A stretch of 64,000 nucleotides of DNA from an uncultured Acidimicrobiia bacterium (GTDB taxonomy: Bacteria; Actinomycetota; Acidimicrobiia; Acidimicrobiales; Ilumatobacteraceae): contig CAWJNE010000019.1 of NCBI GenBank assembly GCA_963844175.1, forward strand, positions 727 to 64,726, in the 5' to 3' direction. The position numbers and the translations under genes are program-made. The notes under the pieces were generated by a model, which did no database searches, was not told the origin of the DNA, and worked only from the letters and a program-made list of their open reading frames with translations. The stretch's first letter is position 1. Each line of letters starts with the position of its first letter. Below, one piece after another: positions 56,292 through 64,000 of this stretch.

Positions 56292-57158
56292 TTGATGGAG
56301 GCATTCCGGGCGGAATCGGCGGCGCTCCTCGCTTCCTGGGTCGATCGCCAGCTCGGCGAGTTCACGCCGTGGCACGCGCCCGGCGAGACGACACCACGCT
56401 CGCTCCAGCGGTTCGCCGAGCTGGCGATCGCCTATGACGCGCTCGAGGGCTCACCGCTCGCGCTCTCCGCACCGGCGGCGAGGTGGAGGCCGTTCATCGT
56501 CGCTCAGCTCTCCGACCCGGCGTTCGGTGAGCTCGCTCGCCAGCGGTTGGATTGGGCGTGGGCCCTGCTGTTGCCGTACCTCGTGATGCGCAAGCGCGGG
56601 TACGTCGACGACTACCACGACGCGACGCTGTTGCTCTCCCGACGGGCCGGGTTTCCCGACGCGCTGGAGGTGGTCCCGTACCGAGCCCTCGACTACGCGT
56701 ACTTCGCTGCGGCGTCCGGGCTCGGGACGTCGACGCAGAGCGCCGCCGTCCTGCTCGACCGCACGTTCGCCGCTCGGGCGTCCTGCCGCTACCTGATGAA
56801 CCGGGAATCGACGTATGCGCTGACGCACACCGTCTTCTATGCGAGCTCCTTCGGTCGCGACGATGTCCCGCCGAGCATGATGCCCGGGGCGACCGCGCTC
56901 GTCGACAGCATGATCGTCGATTGCTGTGTGCGTAAGGAGTTCGATCTGCTCGGAGAGCTCCTGATATGCAGCACGGTGCTGGCCGGCTGCCGGGAACATG
57001 TCAGGGACCTCGGGCGCTCGGTTTTCCAGACCGCGCTGCGGGATTCGGATTGCATCTTGCCGAATGGTGCGGTGAGGGACCGTACGTTTGATGATTGCTA
57101 CCACCCGACGCTTGTAGGGCTGATCTTGTGTGCGTGCTTGGTACGGCCGAGCTCTTAG
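56292..57158 (+). CDS. 288-aa hypothetical protein
   Basis: Longest ORF in its region with reduced GC3. Motifs ESTYALTHTVFYASSFG and a Cys-rich C-terminal third. No family recognised by eye. Start is TTG 56292 or ATG 56295. Confidence 0.55.
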   Translation: MMEAFRAESAALLASWVDRQLGEFTPWHAPGETTPRSLQRFAELAIAYDALEGSPLALSAPAARWRPFIVAQLSDPAFGELARQRLDWAWALLLPYLVMRKRGYVDDYHDATLLLSRRAGFPDALEVVPYRALDYAYFAAASGLGTSTQSAAVLLDRTFAARASCRYLMNRESTYALTHTVFYASSFGRDDVPPSMMPGATALVDSMIVDCCVRKEFDLLGELLICSTVLAGCREHVRDLGRSVFQTALRDSDCILPNGAVRDRTFDDCYHPTLVGLILCACLVRPSS

Positions 57159-57709
57159 CCCTGCTCGTCTCGTCTGCTCGAGCGACGATCGGATCGCTTC
57201 AGCACGCGGACTCGGACGAAGTGGCGGCGACGGCGACAGACCTCGAGGCGATGCTCGACGACTCGATCCCGGTGATCTCGCCGCGCACCGTTGCCGTGGT
57301 CGACCAGATCGGTCCGCTGGCCCTCGTCGGTCGAGAGATCCGGTCGTATCCAACGCTGCTCGAGGAGTTGGCTGGACCGCCGCTCAACGTCGGGTGGGAC
57401 GACGAGCTCGGATACCTCACCGCTGAATGCGCCCTGACGGCACTACGTCGAGACGAGGTTCAGGCCGCCCTGTCGATGCTCTTCATCTCCTCGCTGTGCG
57501 CCGCTCACGCTCCGGAGCCGGCAGCGGAGGCACTGGCGCACATCGTCGCGATGTCGGATGCACAGGGTGCGATCGGGTTGTTCGCCCAGGGCGCACGACG
57601 GACGGGGACGTCGGACGCTGCGCTGCCGGGCCTGCGTGCACGGTTCGGACTGATGTTCGCCAGCACGGTCGTCCAGGTGCATGGCACCTGGGGTCGCCCG
57701 CACACATGA
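57134..57709 (+). CDS. ~190-aa hypothetical protein
   Basis: ORF 57095-57709. The GTG at 57134 overlaps the upstream stop by 25 nt. Start is uncertain and no family was recognised. Confidence 0.45.
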   Translation: MLGTAELLALLVSSARATIGSLQHADSDEVAATATDLEAMLDDSIPVISPRTVAVVDQIGPLALVGREIRSYPTLLEELAGPPLNVGWDDELGYLTAECALTALRRDEVQAALSMLFISSLCAAHAPEPAAEALAHIVAMSDAQGAIGLFAQGARRTGTSDAALPGLRARFGLMFASTVVQVHGTWGRPHT

Positions 57710-57773
57710 GCGGCGCGGTGCACGGCGATGACCTGGGGTGATGTCCCGGGGTCGCACCGTAGGCTGGTCCGCT

Positions 57774-57860
57774 ATGTCGAAGAAGACCAAGAAGCGCAAG
57801 GCTCGGCTCCGCCGGTCCAAGGCCAACCACGGCAAGCGCCCCAACATGGGTCGCGGCTGA
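57774..57860 (+). CDS. 28-aa basic micro-protein resembling actinobacterial ribosomal protein bL37
   Basis: MSKKTKKRKARLRRSKANHGKRPNMGRG. The ANHGKRPN core is what I remember for bL37. Below the ORF-track cutoff. Confidence 0.6.
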   Translation: MSKKTKKRKARLRRSKANHGKRPNMGRG

Positions 57861-57865
57861 GTCAC

Positions 57866-59899
57866 TTGACGCCGCCGTCGACCCGTCGTGACGACGTCGT
57901 CGACGTCCTCCACGGGGTCGAGGTGGAGGATCCGTACCGCTGGCTGGAGGATGGCGCCTCGCCGGAGGTGGCGGCCTGGGTCGACGCCCAGCACCTCGCT
58001 GCCCGTGACGTCGTGGACGTCCCCGATCGGCAGCGCTGGCACGACCACTTGACGCAGCTGCTGCAGCTGCCCGTGGCGATGGGTGTGCAGGTCCGCGGCG
58101 ATCGGCTGTTCGCCCTGGAGCGCCCCGCCGGCGCCGAGCAGTTCCTCCTTTGCCGGCGCTCCGCTGCCGACGCGACGACGGCGCCCGCCACCTTGCTCGA
58201 CCCGGCCACCGGCGCCGCCGACGCCGCCGTCGCCATCGATTGGTTCGAGGCCAGCGACGACGGCGCACTGGTCGCCGTCGGCACCTCCGAAGGTGGGACG
58301 GAGGAATCGGTGCTGCGCGTCCTCGACGCGGCGACCGGGGCCGACCTCGGCGAGGCCATCCCCGACACGCGAGCCTGCAGCGTCGCCTGGGACCCGGACG
58401 GCCGCGGCTTCACGTACACGCGCTATCCCGCCGGCGACCAGTACCACCGCACGGTGCACCACCACACGCTCGGCACGGCCTGGCGCGACGACCCCGTCGT
58501 GTGGGCGGAACACCCCGATCCGCAGGCGTGGCCCGACGTCGAGCTCTCGCCGGACGGTCGGTGGTTGCTCGTCCACGTGCTCGTCGGTTGGGCCCGCTAC
58601 GACGTCCACCTGCTCGACCGCTGGTCCGGTGTGTGGTCGACGGTCATCGCCGGCGTCGACGTCACGTCGGCGTTCCACTTCGCCGCCGACGGCAGCTCGC
58701 TGGTCGGTGTCACGACGCTCGACGCTCCCCGCGGGCGGGTGGTCATGGTGCCCCTCGGCGCGACGGACCCGGCGGCCTGGGAGACGCTCGTGCCGGAGGG
58801 TCCGGCCGTGCTCGGACAGCTCGCCGTCGCGGGAGACGAGGTGTGGGTCGTGGCTTCGCAGCGGGCGGTCGATCGCGTCGAGCGGTTCACGCCCGACGGC
58901 ACCGCACTCGGACCGCTCTCGGGCGTCGGCGAGCTGGTCGCCATTGCCGGCCTGGCCGCGGACCGGTCCACGGGCCGGGGGTTCGCCGTCGTCGACTCGT
59001 TCGGCGCGCCGACGACCGTCTGGAACGTCACGGGCGGTACGGCCCAGCGGTGGTTCCCGGCCGAGCCGGCCGACGCCGCGGTCGTCCCATCGATGACCGT
59101 CAGCCAGGTCGATTACCCGTCGCCCGACGGAACGACGATCGGTCTGTTCCTCGTCCACCGCCGCGACGTCGAGCCGGGCCCGTCCGTCCCCGCGATCCTC
59201 AACGGCTACGGCGGGTTCGCCATCGCCGAGACGCCGGTGTGGTCACCGCAGATCGCCGCCTGGTGTGCGGCCGGGGGCGTGTACGCCGTCGCCGGCCTGC
59301 GCGGGGGGCTCGAACACGGTGAGGCGTGGCACCTCGCCGGCCGGCGGGCGAACAAGCAGCACGTCTTCGACGACTTCCACGCCGCCGCCGATTGGCTGGT
59401 CGAGACGGGGCGGGCGTCCCGCGACCACCTGGCCATCCTCGGACGGTCCAACGGCGGGCTCCTGGTCGGCGCCGCCCTGACCCAACGTCCCGACCTGTGC
59501 CGGGCCGTCTGGTGCGGGGTGCCCCTGCTCGACATGGTCCGCTTCCCGCAGTTCCTCATCGCCCGGCTGTGGACCGACGAATACGGCGACCCCGACGTGG
59601 CCGAGGAGTTCGGCTGGCTGCACGCCTACTCGCCGTACCACCGCGTCGTCGACGGGACGTGCTATCCGGCGACGCTGTTCACGACGGCCGAGGGCGACAC
59701 TCGCGTCGACCCGTTGCACGCCCGCAAGATGGCGGCGCTGCTGCAGGCCTCGACGAGTTGCTGGGACGACCGGCCGATCCTGCTGCTCCAGGAAGGCCGC
59801 GCCGGGCACGGCGTCGGCAAGCCGGTCGCCAAGCGCGCCGACGAGCTGGCCGACGGCCTGACGTTCCTCGGGGGCCAGGTGGGCCTGGCGCCGGCATGA
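57866..59899 (+). CDS. prolyl oligopeptidase (S9A family serine peptidase)
   Basis: TTG 57866 gives LTPPSTRRDDVVDVLHGVEVEDPYRWLED, a typical POP N-terminus. Catalytic GRSNGGLL, EGDTRVDP and RAGHG. Confidence 0.85.
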   Translation: MTPPSTRRDDVVDVLHGVEVEDPYRWLEDGASPEVAAWVDAQHLAARDVVDVPDRQRWHDHLTQLLQLPVAMGVQVRGDRLFALERPAGAEQFLLCRRSAADATTAPATLLDPATGAADAAVAIDWFEASDDGALVAVGTSEGGTEESVLRVLDAATGADLGEAIPDTRACSVAWDPDGRGFTYTRYPAGDQYHRTVHHHTLGTAWRDDPVVWAEHPDPQAWPDVELSPDGRWLLVHVLVGWARYDVHLLDRWSGVWSTVIAGVDVTSAFHFAADGSSLVGVTTLDAPRGRVVMVPLGATDPAAWETLVPEGPAVLGQLAVAGDEVWVVASQRAVDRVERFTPDGTALGPLSGVGELVAIAGLAADRSTGRGFAVVDSFGAPTTVWNVTGGTAQRWFPAEPADAAVVPSMTVSQVDYPSPDGTTIGLFLVHRRDVEPGPSVPAILNGYGGFAIAETPVWSPQIAAWCAAGGVYAVAGLRGGLEHGEAWHLAGRRANKQHVFDDFHAAADWLVETGRASRDHLAILGRSNGGLLVGAALTQRPDLCRAVWCGVPLLDMVRFPQFLIARLWTDEYGDPDVAEEFGWLHAYSPYHRVVDGTCYPATLFTTAEGDTRVDPLHARKMAALLQASTSCWDDRPILLLQEGRAGHGVGKPVAKRADELADGLTFLGGQVGLAPA

Positions 59900-60504
59900 C
59901 GCGCGTCGAATGGCTGACCGTCGGCGGAGCGGTCGAGCCCTGGCGGCAGCTCGGGCTCGTCGTCGACCACGACGGGATGGTCCCGCTGTTCGGCACGGGG
60001 ATCCGCATCATCGGCGACGGCGACCCGGGGGTGCGCGGCTGGGCGCTGTCGGGTGGTGAGCCAGGCGCGTCCGATGACATCGATGGGCTGCCGACCGAGC
60101 TGGTGCCGGCGCCGACGCCGCGCTTCGCCGAGCACCCGATCGGCGCCATCGGGCTCGACCACGTCGTGATCGTCTCCAACGACCTGGAGCGCACGACGGC
60201 GGCGATCGCCGCGGCGACCGGCGCGCCGTGCAAGCGCATCCGCGAGGTGGGCGACCTCCGCCAAGGCTTCCACCGAGTCGGGTCACTGGTGGTCGAGGTC
60301 GTCGAGCGGGCCGGGCTGCCCGTGGGGCCGGCGACGTTCTGGGGCCTCGTGCTCAACGTCGAGGACCTCGACGCGGCCGTCGACCACCTCGGCCCCGACC
60401 TGATCGGGGCGGCCAAGGAGGCCGTGCAGCCGGGTCGATCGATCGCCACCGTGCGTGGATCGGCCGGGTTGGGGATGCCGGTGGCCCTGATGACCCCCGG
60501 CTGA
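59896..60504 (+). CDS. VOC (glyoxalase/bleomycin-resistance fold) family protein
   Basis: ATGA overlap with the POP stop. IGLDHVVIVSNDLERT...WGLVLNVEDLDAAV. Confidence 0.6.
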   Translation: MTRVEWLTVGGAVEPWRQLGLVVDHDGMVPLFGTGIRIIGDGDPGVRGWALSGGEPGASDDIDGLPTELVPAPTPRFAEHPIGAIGLDHVVIVSNDLERTTAAIAAATGAPCKRIREVGDLRQGFHRVGSLVVEVVERAGLPVGPATFWGLVLNVEDLDAAVDHLGPDLIGAAKEAVQPGRSIATVRGSAGLGMPVALMTPG

Positions 60505-60551
60505 GCGAGGTTCGTGCACGGCTCCGATCGTCTCGCTACGGTCGCCGCGTC

Positions 60552-61070
60552 ATGCGTCGCACGGTCTTCATGGTCCTCGTCGCCCTGGCCGCCGCCGCTG
60601 GGCTCGTGGTTCCGAACGGAGTCGTCAGCGCTGACAAGGCCGGCGCCGACGACTACGCCTGCCCGGCGACACCGCACGGCGCGGTGATCGATCGCACGCG
60701 GCAGCGAGCCTGGTTGTGTGCCGCCGGACGAGTCGTGCGGCGGATGCCGATCACCACGGCGACCGATCAACCCGATCCAGGGACGTACGCCGTGTACGCC
60801 GAGGACGAACAGACGACGTCGACGTTCGGCGGTCGACCGAGCACGCTCGACCGGTTCGTCGCATTCACGTACGGCAAGCACGAGGGTGCCCGCATCGGGT
60901 TCCACGCCATCCCGCGCTACGGCGACGGGACGCTGGCCCAGCCGCCGGAATCCGTCGGTGCGCCCGAACGGTTCGGCGAGTCGAGTGGGTGCATCCGGCT
61001 GCGGCCGGAGGACGCCGTCGCGGTGTGGGACCACCTTGCCGTCGGTGACGGCGTGCGCGTCCTCACCTGA
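60552..61070 (+). CDS. secreted L,D-transpeptidase (YkuD domain)
   Basis: Signal peptide MRRTVFMVLVALAAAAG. FHAIP...ESSGCIRL catalytic His/Cys motif. Confidence 0.8.
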   Translation: MRRTVFMVLVALAAAAGLVVPNGVVSADKAGADDYACPATPHGAVIDRTRQRAWLCAAGRVVRRMPITTATDQPDPGTYAVYAEDEQTTSTFGGRPSTLDRFVAFTYGKHEGARIGFHAIPRYGDGTLAQPPESVGAPERFGESSGCIRLRPEDAVAVWDHLAVGDGVRVLT

Positions 61071-61992
61071 GGGCGAGGTCGCCGAGCAGCTCGTCGGCGT
61101 CGAGCGTGCCGGTCTGCCCGACGGCACAGTCGGGGAGCAGCGGACACCAGCGGCACATCGGTCCGGCGGCTCGGCGGGCCTCCCGCCCATCGACGCGCAG
61201 CTCGACCATCCGGTCGATGGCGTCGAGCGTGCGGCGAAGTGTTGAGCGCAGCAGCGCCGGTGTCACGACCTCGACGACCGGCCGCCCGGCGTCGAGGGCG
61301 AACGAGGCCAGCAGCCGCGGCGGTACGCCGCGACAGAGCGTCTCGACCAGCGCGTAGAAGCGGAGATCCTGGCGATGGCGATCGACCACGCGACCCGACT
61401 TGAGGTCGATGATGACCTTGCGGGCCTCGCTGCCGTGCGGCTTGCCGATGACCAGGTCGACGCGAGCGCGCAGAACGATGGGCCCGTCGACCGGATGGTG
61501 GGCGGCCGCCTCCGTCACCGGGTGCCAGCGACGATCGAGCGGCGGGAAGCACTCGATGAACTTGGTGACGAGGTCGACGGACTGGCTGCGCAGATCGGCG
61601 GCCTCGCCGTCCGACAAGCCGGCGACGTAGTCGCCGATGCTGCGCTCCTCGTCGGCCAGACGGGCCAGCGCCTCGTCGACGATGTCGGCGGGGGTCGGCT
61701 CGCCACGCCAGTTGAGCAGCAGCTGGATCGCCTTGTGGGTGACCGAGCCCTTGGCCCGGGCCGGTGACCACGAGAAGTCGTCGGGCTCGAGGTGGTGCGC
61801 CTCGCACGCCAGCACCGTGCCGATGGCGTGCTTGGTGACGACGAGTTGCTGCCCGCCGAGGCGCGCGCCGAGCTCGTCGAGCGCCGTCGTGGCGTCGGCC
61901 AGCAGCTCGTCGACCAGCTCCTGGTCGAACGAGACGTCAGGCTCGGCCCGGCGCAGCGTGTCGAGTGTGCGCTGTTGGACGGGCGTCAGCAC
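61063..61992 (-). CDS. PD-(D/E)XK nuclease with Cas4/AddB-like Fe-S cysteine cluster
   Basis: VDLV...IIDLKSG (D...DxK) and the cysteines C(64)...CRWCPLLPDC, i.e. Cx(n)Cx2Cx5C. Confidence 0.7.
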   Translation of the reverse strand: MLTPVQQRTLDTLRRAEPDVSFDQELVDELLADATTALDELGARLGGQQLVVTKHAIGTVLACEAHHLEPDDFSWSPARAKGSVTHKAIQLLLNWRGEPTPADIVDEALARLADEERSIGDYVAGLSDGEAADLRSQSVDLVTKFIECFPPLDRRWHPVTEAAAHHPVDGPIVLRARVDLVIGKPHGSEARKVIIDLKSGRVVDRHRQDLRFYALVETLCRGVPPRLLASFALDAGRPVVEVVTPALLRSTLRRTLDAIDRMVELRVDGREARRAAGPMCRWCPLLPDCAVGQTGTLDADELLGDLALR

Positions 61993-62075
61993 GAGGGCGA
62001 TGGTACGGGTGGGGTGTCACGGCCTCGCGGACCCCAGCCCCTGCGACGGTGACACCCCTTCGTCATGCTGGTCCC

Positions 62076-62390
62076 ATGTCGACGTCGACGGTGCAGTTCG
62101 CCCACGCCGCCCGCACGCTCACTGCGGCGGCGCGGGCGCGCGGGCTGATCGGGCCGAGCTATCGGTGCCCGCCGCGGCTGCGCGGGGCCGATCGCTCGCT
62201 GCGCCGCCGGCCAGGTGGCGGGGTCGTCGCCGTGCGGCTGCGCGGGCGACCGTGGTCGGCCGTGATCGCCGACATGATCGAGGGGGTGATCGTCGTGAAC
62301 GAACTGCCGGTGCCGGCTGCCACCCGGCTGCGCACCGAGTTGTGGGAGCTGCTCGCTCCGGGTGCCGCGCCGGCGGCCCAGGTGGCGTGA
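62076..62390 (+). CDS. 104-aa hypothetical protein
   Basis: ATG 62076 within ORF 61965-62390 (MSTSTVQFAHAARTL...). Divergent from the nuclease gene. No family recognised. Confidence 0.35.
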   Translation: MSTSTVQFAHAARTLTAAARARGLIGPSYRCPPRLRGADRSLRRRPGGGVVAVRLRGRPWSAVIADMIEGVIVVNELPVPAATRLRTELWELLAPGAAPAAQVA

Positions 62391-62400
62391 CGGGGTCCGG

Positions 62401-63993
62401 TCAGGCGGCCGGCATCGCCCCGTCGATCAGGGCGGCCAGGGGCTCGAGGTGGAGCTCCGGCTCGTCGGCCTCTAGGCGGGCCAGCCGGTAGCGGTTCTCG
62501 AACAGCGCCACCAGCACGCCGTCGGAGCGGTGGAGGATGCGGATGCCGCCGATCTCGCGCAGCCGCGGCACGGACGCCTCGTCCGTGCGGCGGATCGCCT
62601 GGTAGCCGGCGCTGAGGATCTCGGCCGGGGCGCCGAACTCGCTGGCCAGGCGGTGGCCGAAGACCTCGAACTGCAGCGCGCCGACGGCGGCCAGGATCGG
62701 TGTCGTGTCGATGGCGTCCGCGTCGCGCAGCACCTGCACCACGCCTTCCTCGTCGAGCTGGTCGAGCCCGCGCCGGAACTGCTTGGCCCGGCCAGTGTCG
62801 AGTGGCCGGGCGGTGGCGAAGACCTCTGGCGAGAAGCGGGGGATCGGTGGGAACGTCACGGGCGTCGTGCCGGCGGTGTAGACGGTGTCGCCGAGCTGCA
62901 GGCCGGTGGCGTTGACCAGCCCGACGACGTCGCCGGGGAAGGCCTCTTCGATCGTCGCCCGATCCGGCCCGAAGGCCGTGGTGGCGTACTTCGTCGTCAG
63001 ATCGCGGCCCGTGCGATCGCACGTCACGCTCATGCCGCGCTCGAAGTGACCGGAGCAGATGCGGGCGAAGGCCAGTCGGTCGCGGTGGGCCGGATCCATG
63101 TTGGCCTGCACCTTGAACACGAACGCCGAGCACGGTGCGGCGAGCGGACGCTCGACGTCACCGACGTCGCGCCGCGGCGCCGGCGAGGGCGCCAGATCGA
63201 TCACGGCGTCGAGCAGCAGACGGACGCCGAAGTTGGTCAGCGCTGACCCGACGAACACGGGCGTCGACTCGCCGGCCAGGAACGAGGGCAGGTCGACGTC
63301 GGCACCCACGGCGTCGAGCAGGGCCAGCTCGTCGACGGCGTGACTCCACGCCGCGCCCTCCTCGGCAGCGGCGACGTCGGCCGCCACGACGAGCTCGGGC
63401 GCCAACGACGAGCCGCGGTCGGTGCGGGTGAACCGCACGTAGTCGCCGGAGCGGCGGTCGATGACCCCGCGTAGGTCCCCGGCGACGCCGACCGGCCACG
63501 TGGCCGGAGTCGGCCGCAGCCCGATGCGAGTCTCGATCTCGTCCAGCAGGGCCAGCGGCTCGAGCCCCGGGCGGTCGTACTTGTTGAGGAAGGTCAGCAC
63601 GGGCAAGCGGCGGGCTCGGCACACCTCGAACAGCTTGAGCGTCTGGGCCTCGATGCCCTTGGCCGAGTCGAGCACCATCGCCACGGCGTCGACGCCGGCC
63701 AGGACGCGGTAGGTGTCCTCGGAGAAGTCGCGGTGGCCGGGGGTGTCCAGCAGGTTGACGACATGCTCGCGGTACGGGAACTGGAGGACCGTCGAGCTGA
63801 TCGAGATGCCGCGCTGGCGTTCCAGCTCCATCCAGTCGGAGGTCGCAGCGCGCCGACCGTCGCGCGCCTTCACGGCGCCGGCGCGCTGTACGGCGCCTGC
63901 GTAGAGCAGGAACTTCTCGGTCAGGGTGGTCTTGCCGGCGTCCGGATGGCTGATGATGGCGAACGTGCGCCGGCGGGCTGCCTCGCTCAGCAC
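62401..63993 (-). CDS. prfC: peptide chain release factor 3
   Basis: RRTFAIISHPDAGKTTLTEK...LLDTPGHRDF...NKYDR GTPase motifs. 530 aa. Confidence 0.95.
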   Translation of the reverse strand: MLSEAARRRTFAIISHPDAGKTTLTEKFLLYAGAVQRAGAVKARDGRRAATSDWMELERQRGISISSTVLQFPYREHVVNLLDTPGHRDFSEDTYRVLAGVDAVAMVLDSAKGIEAQTLKLFEVCRARRLPVLTFLNKYDRPGLEPLALLDEIETRIGLRPTPATWPVGVAGDLRGVIDRRSGDYVRFTRTDRGSSLAPELVVAADVAAAEEGAAWSHAVDELALLDAVGADVDLPSFLAGESTPVFVGSALTNFGVRLLLDAVIDLAPSPAPRRDVGDVERPLAAPCSAFVFKVQANMDPAHRDRLAFARICSGHFERGMSVTCDRTGRDLTTKYATTAFGPDRATIEEAFPGDVVGLVNATGLQLGDTVYTAGTTPVTFPPIPRFSPEVFATARPLDTGRAKQFRRGLDQLDEEGVVQVLRDADAIDTTPILAAVGALQFEVFGHRLASEFGAPAEILSAGYQAIRRTDEASVPRLREIGGIRILHRSDGVLVALFENRYRLARLEADEPELHLEPLAALIDGAMPAA

Positions 63994-64000
63994 TCGTGTC

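Noticed and set aside
57095-57133. TTG at 57095 as the start of the third cassette gene
   Set aside because: It would overlap the upstream gene by 64 nt. GTG 57134 (25-nt overlap) or a later start is more plausible. This cannot be resolved without homologues.
56011-59899. Calling the peptide plus prolyl oligopeptidase a RiPP gene cluster
   Set aside because: The oligopeptidase has native GC content. A ribosomal micro-gene lies between it and the cassette. The peptide shows no known class motif. The evidence is insufficient for a cluster call.

Overview
High-GC, densely coding chromosomal window that looks like Actinomycetota: LAXTG sorting signal, SARP regulator, and bS22/bL37 micro-genes. 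I call about 60 CDS, one tRNA, and no rRNA, CRISPR, transposase or integrase. A conserved housekeeping backbone is readable: rsmI, tatD, rsmA-ispE-(bS22)-tRNA-Gln-glmU-prs, rplY-pth-nei-mfd-PPIase-mazG-DUF4032-eno-ftsB, ychF and prfC. Interleaved with it are metabolic and accessory genes. These include a coxS-L-M type (form II motif) molybdo-hydroxylase plus an orphan large-subunit paralogue, bfd-bfr, a SARP/STAND regulator, a NarL-type two-component pair, three beta-lactamase-fold hydrolases, several SDRs, a prolyl oligopeptidase, an L,D-transpeptidase and a Cas4-like nuclease. The observations most worth follow-up are these. (1) A low-GC three-gene cassette at 56.0-57.7 kb encodes a 76-aa peptide and two proteins I cannot assign to a family. 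(2) There are at least three families of intergenic repeats: an 88-bp unit amplified in tandem and scattered at 6 or more loci, an 85-bp nested palindrome present twice, and a ~50-bp palindrome bracketing a DUF559 gene. (3) ispE is broken by a 7-bp tandem duplication, a second gene is frameshifted, and glmU lacks its acetyltransferase end. (4) Two micro-ORFs fall below the ORF-track cutoff. All functional calls come from reading motifs by eye; no database search, folding or alignment program was run.
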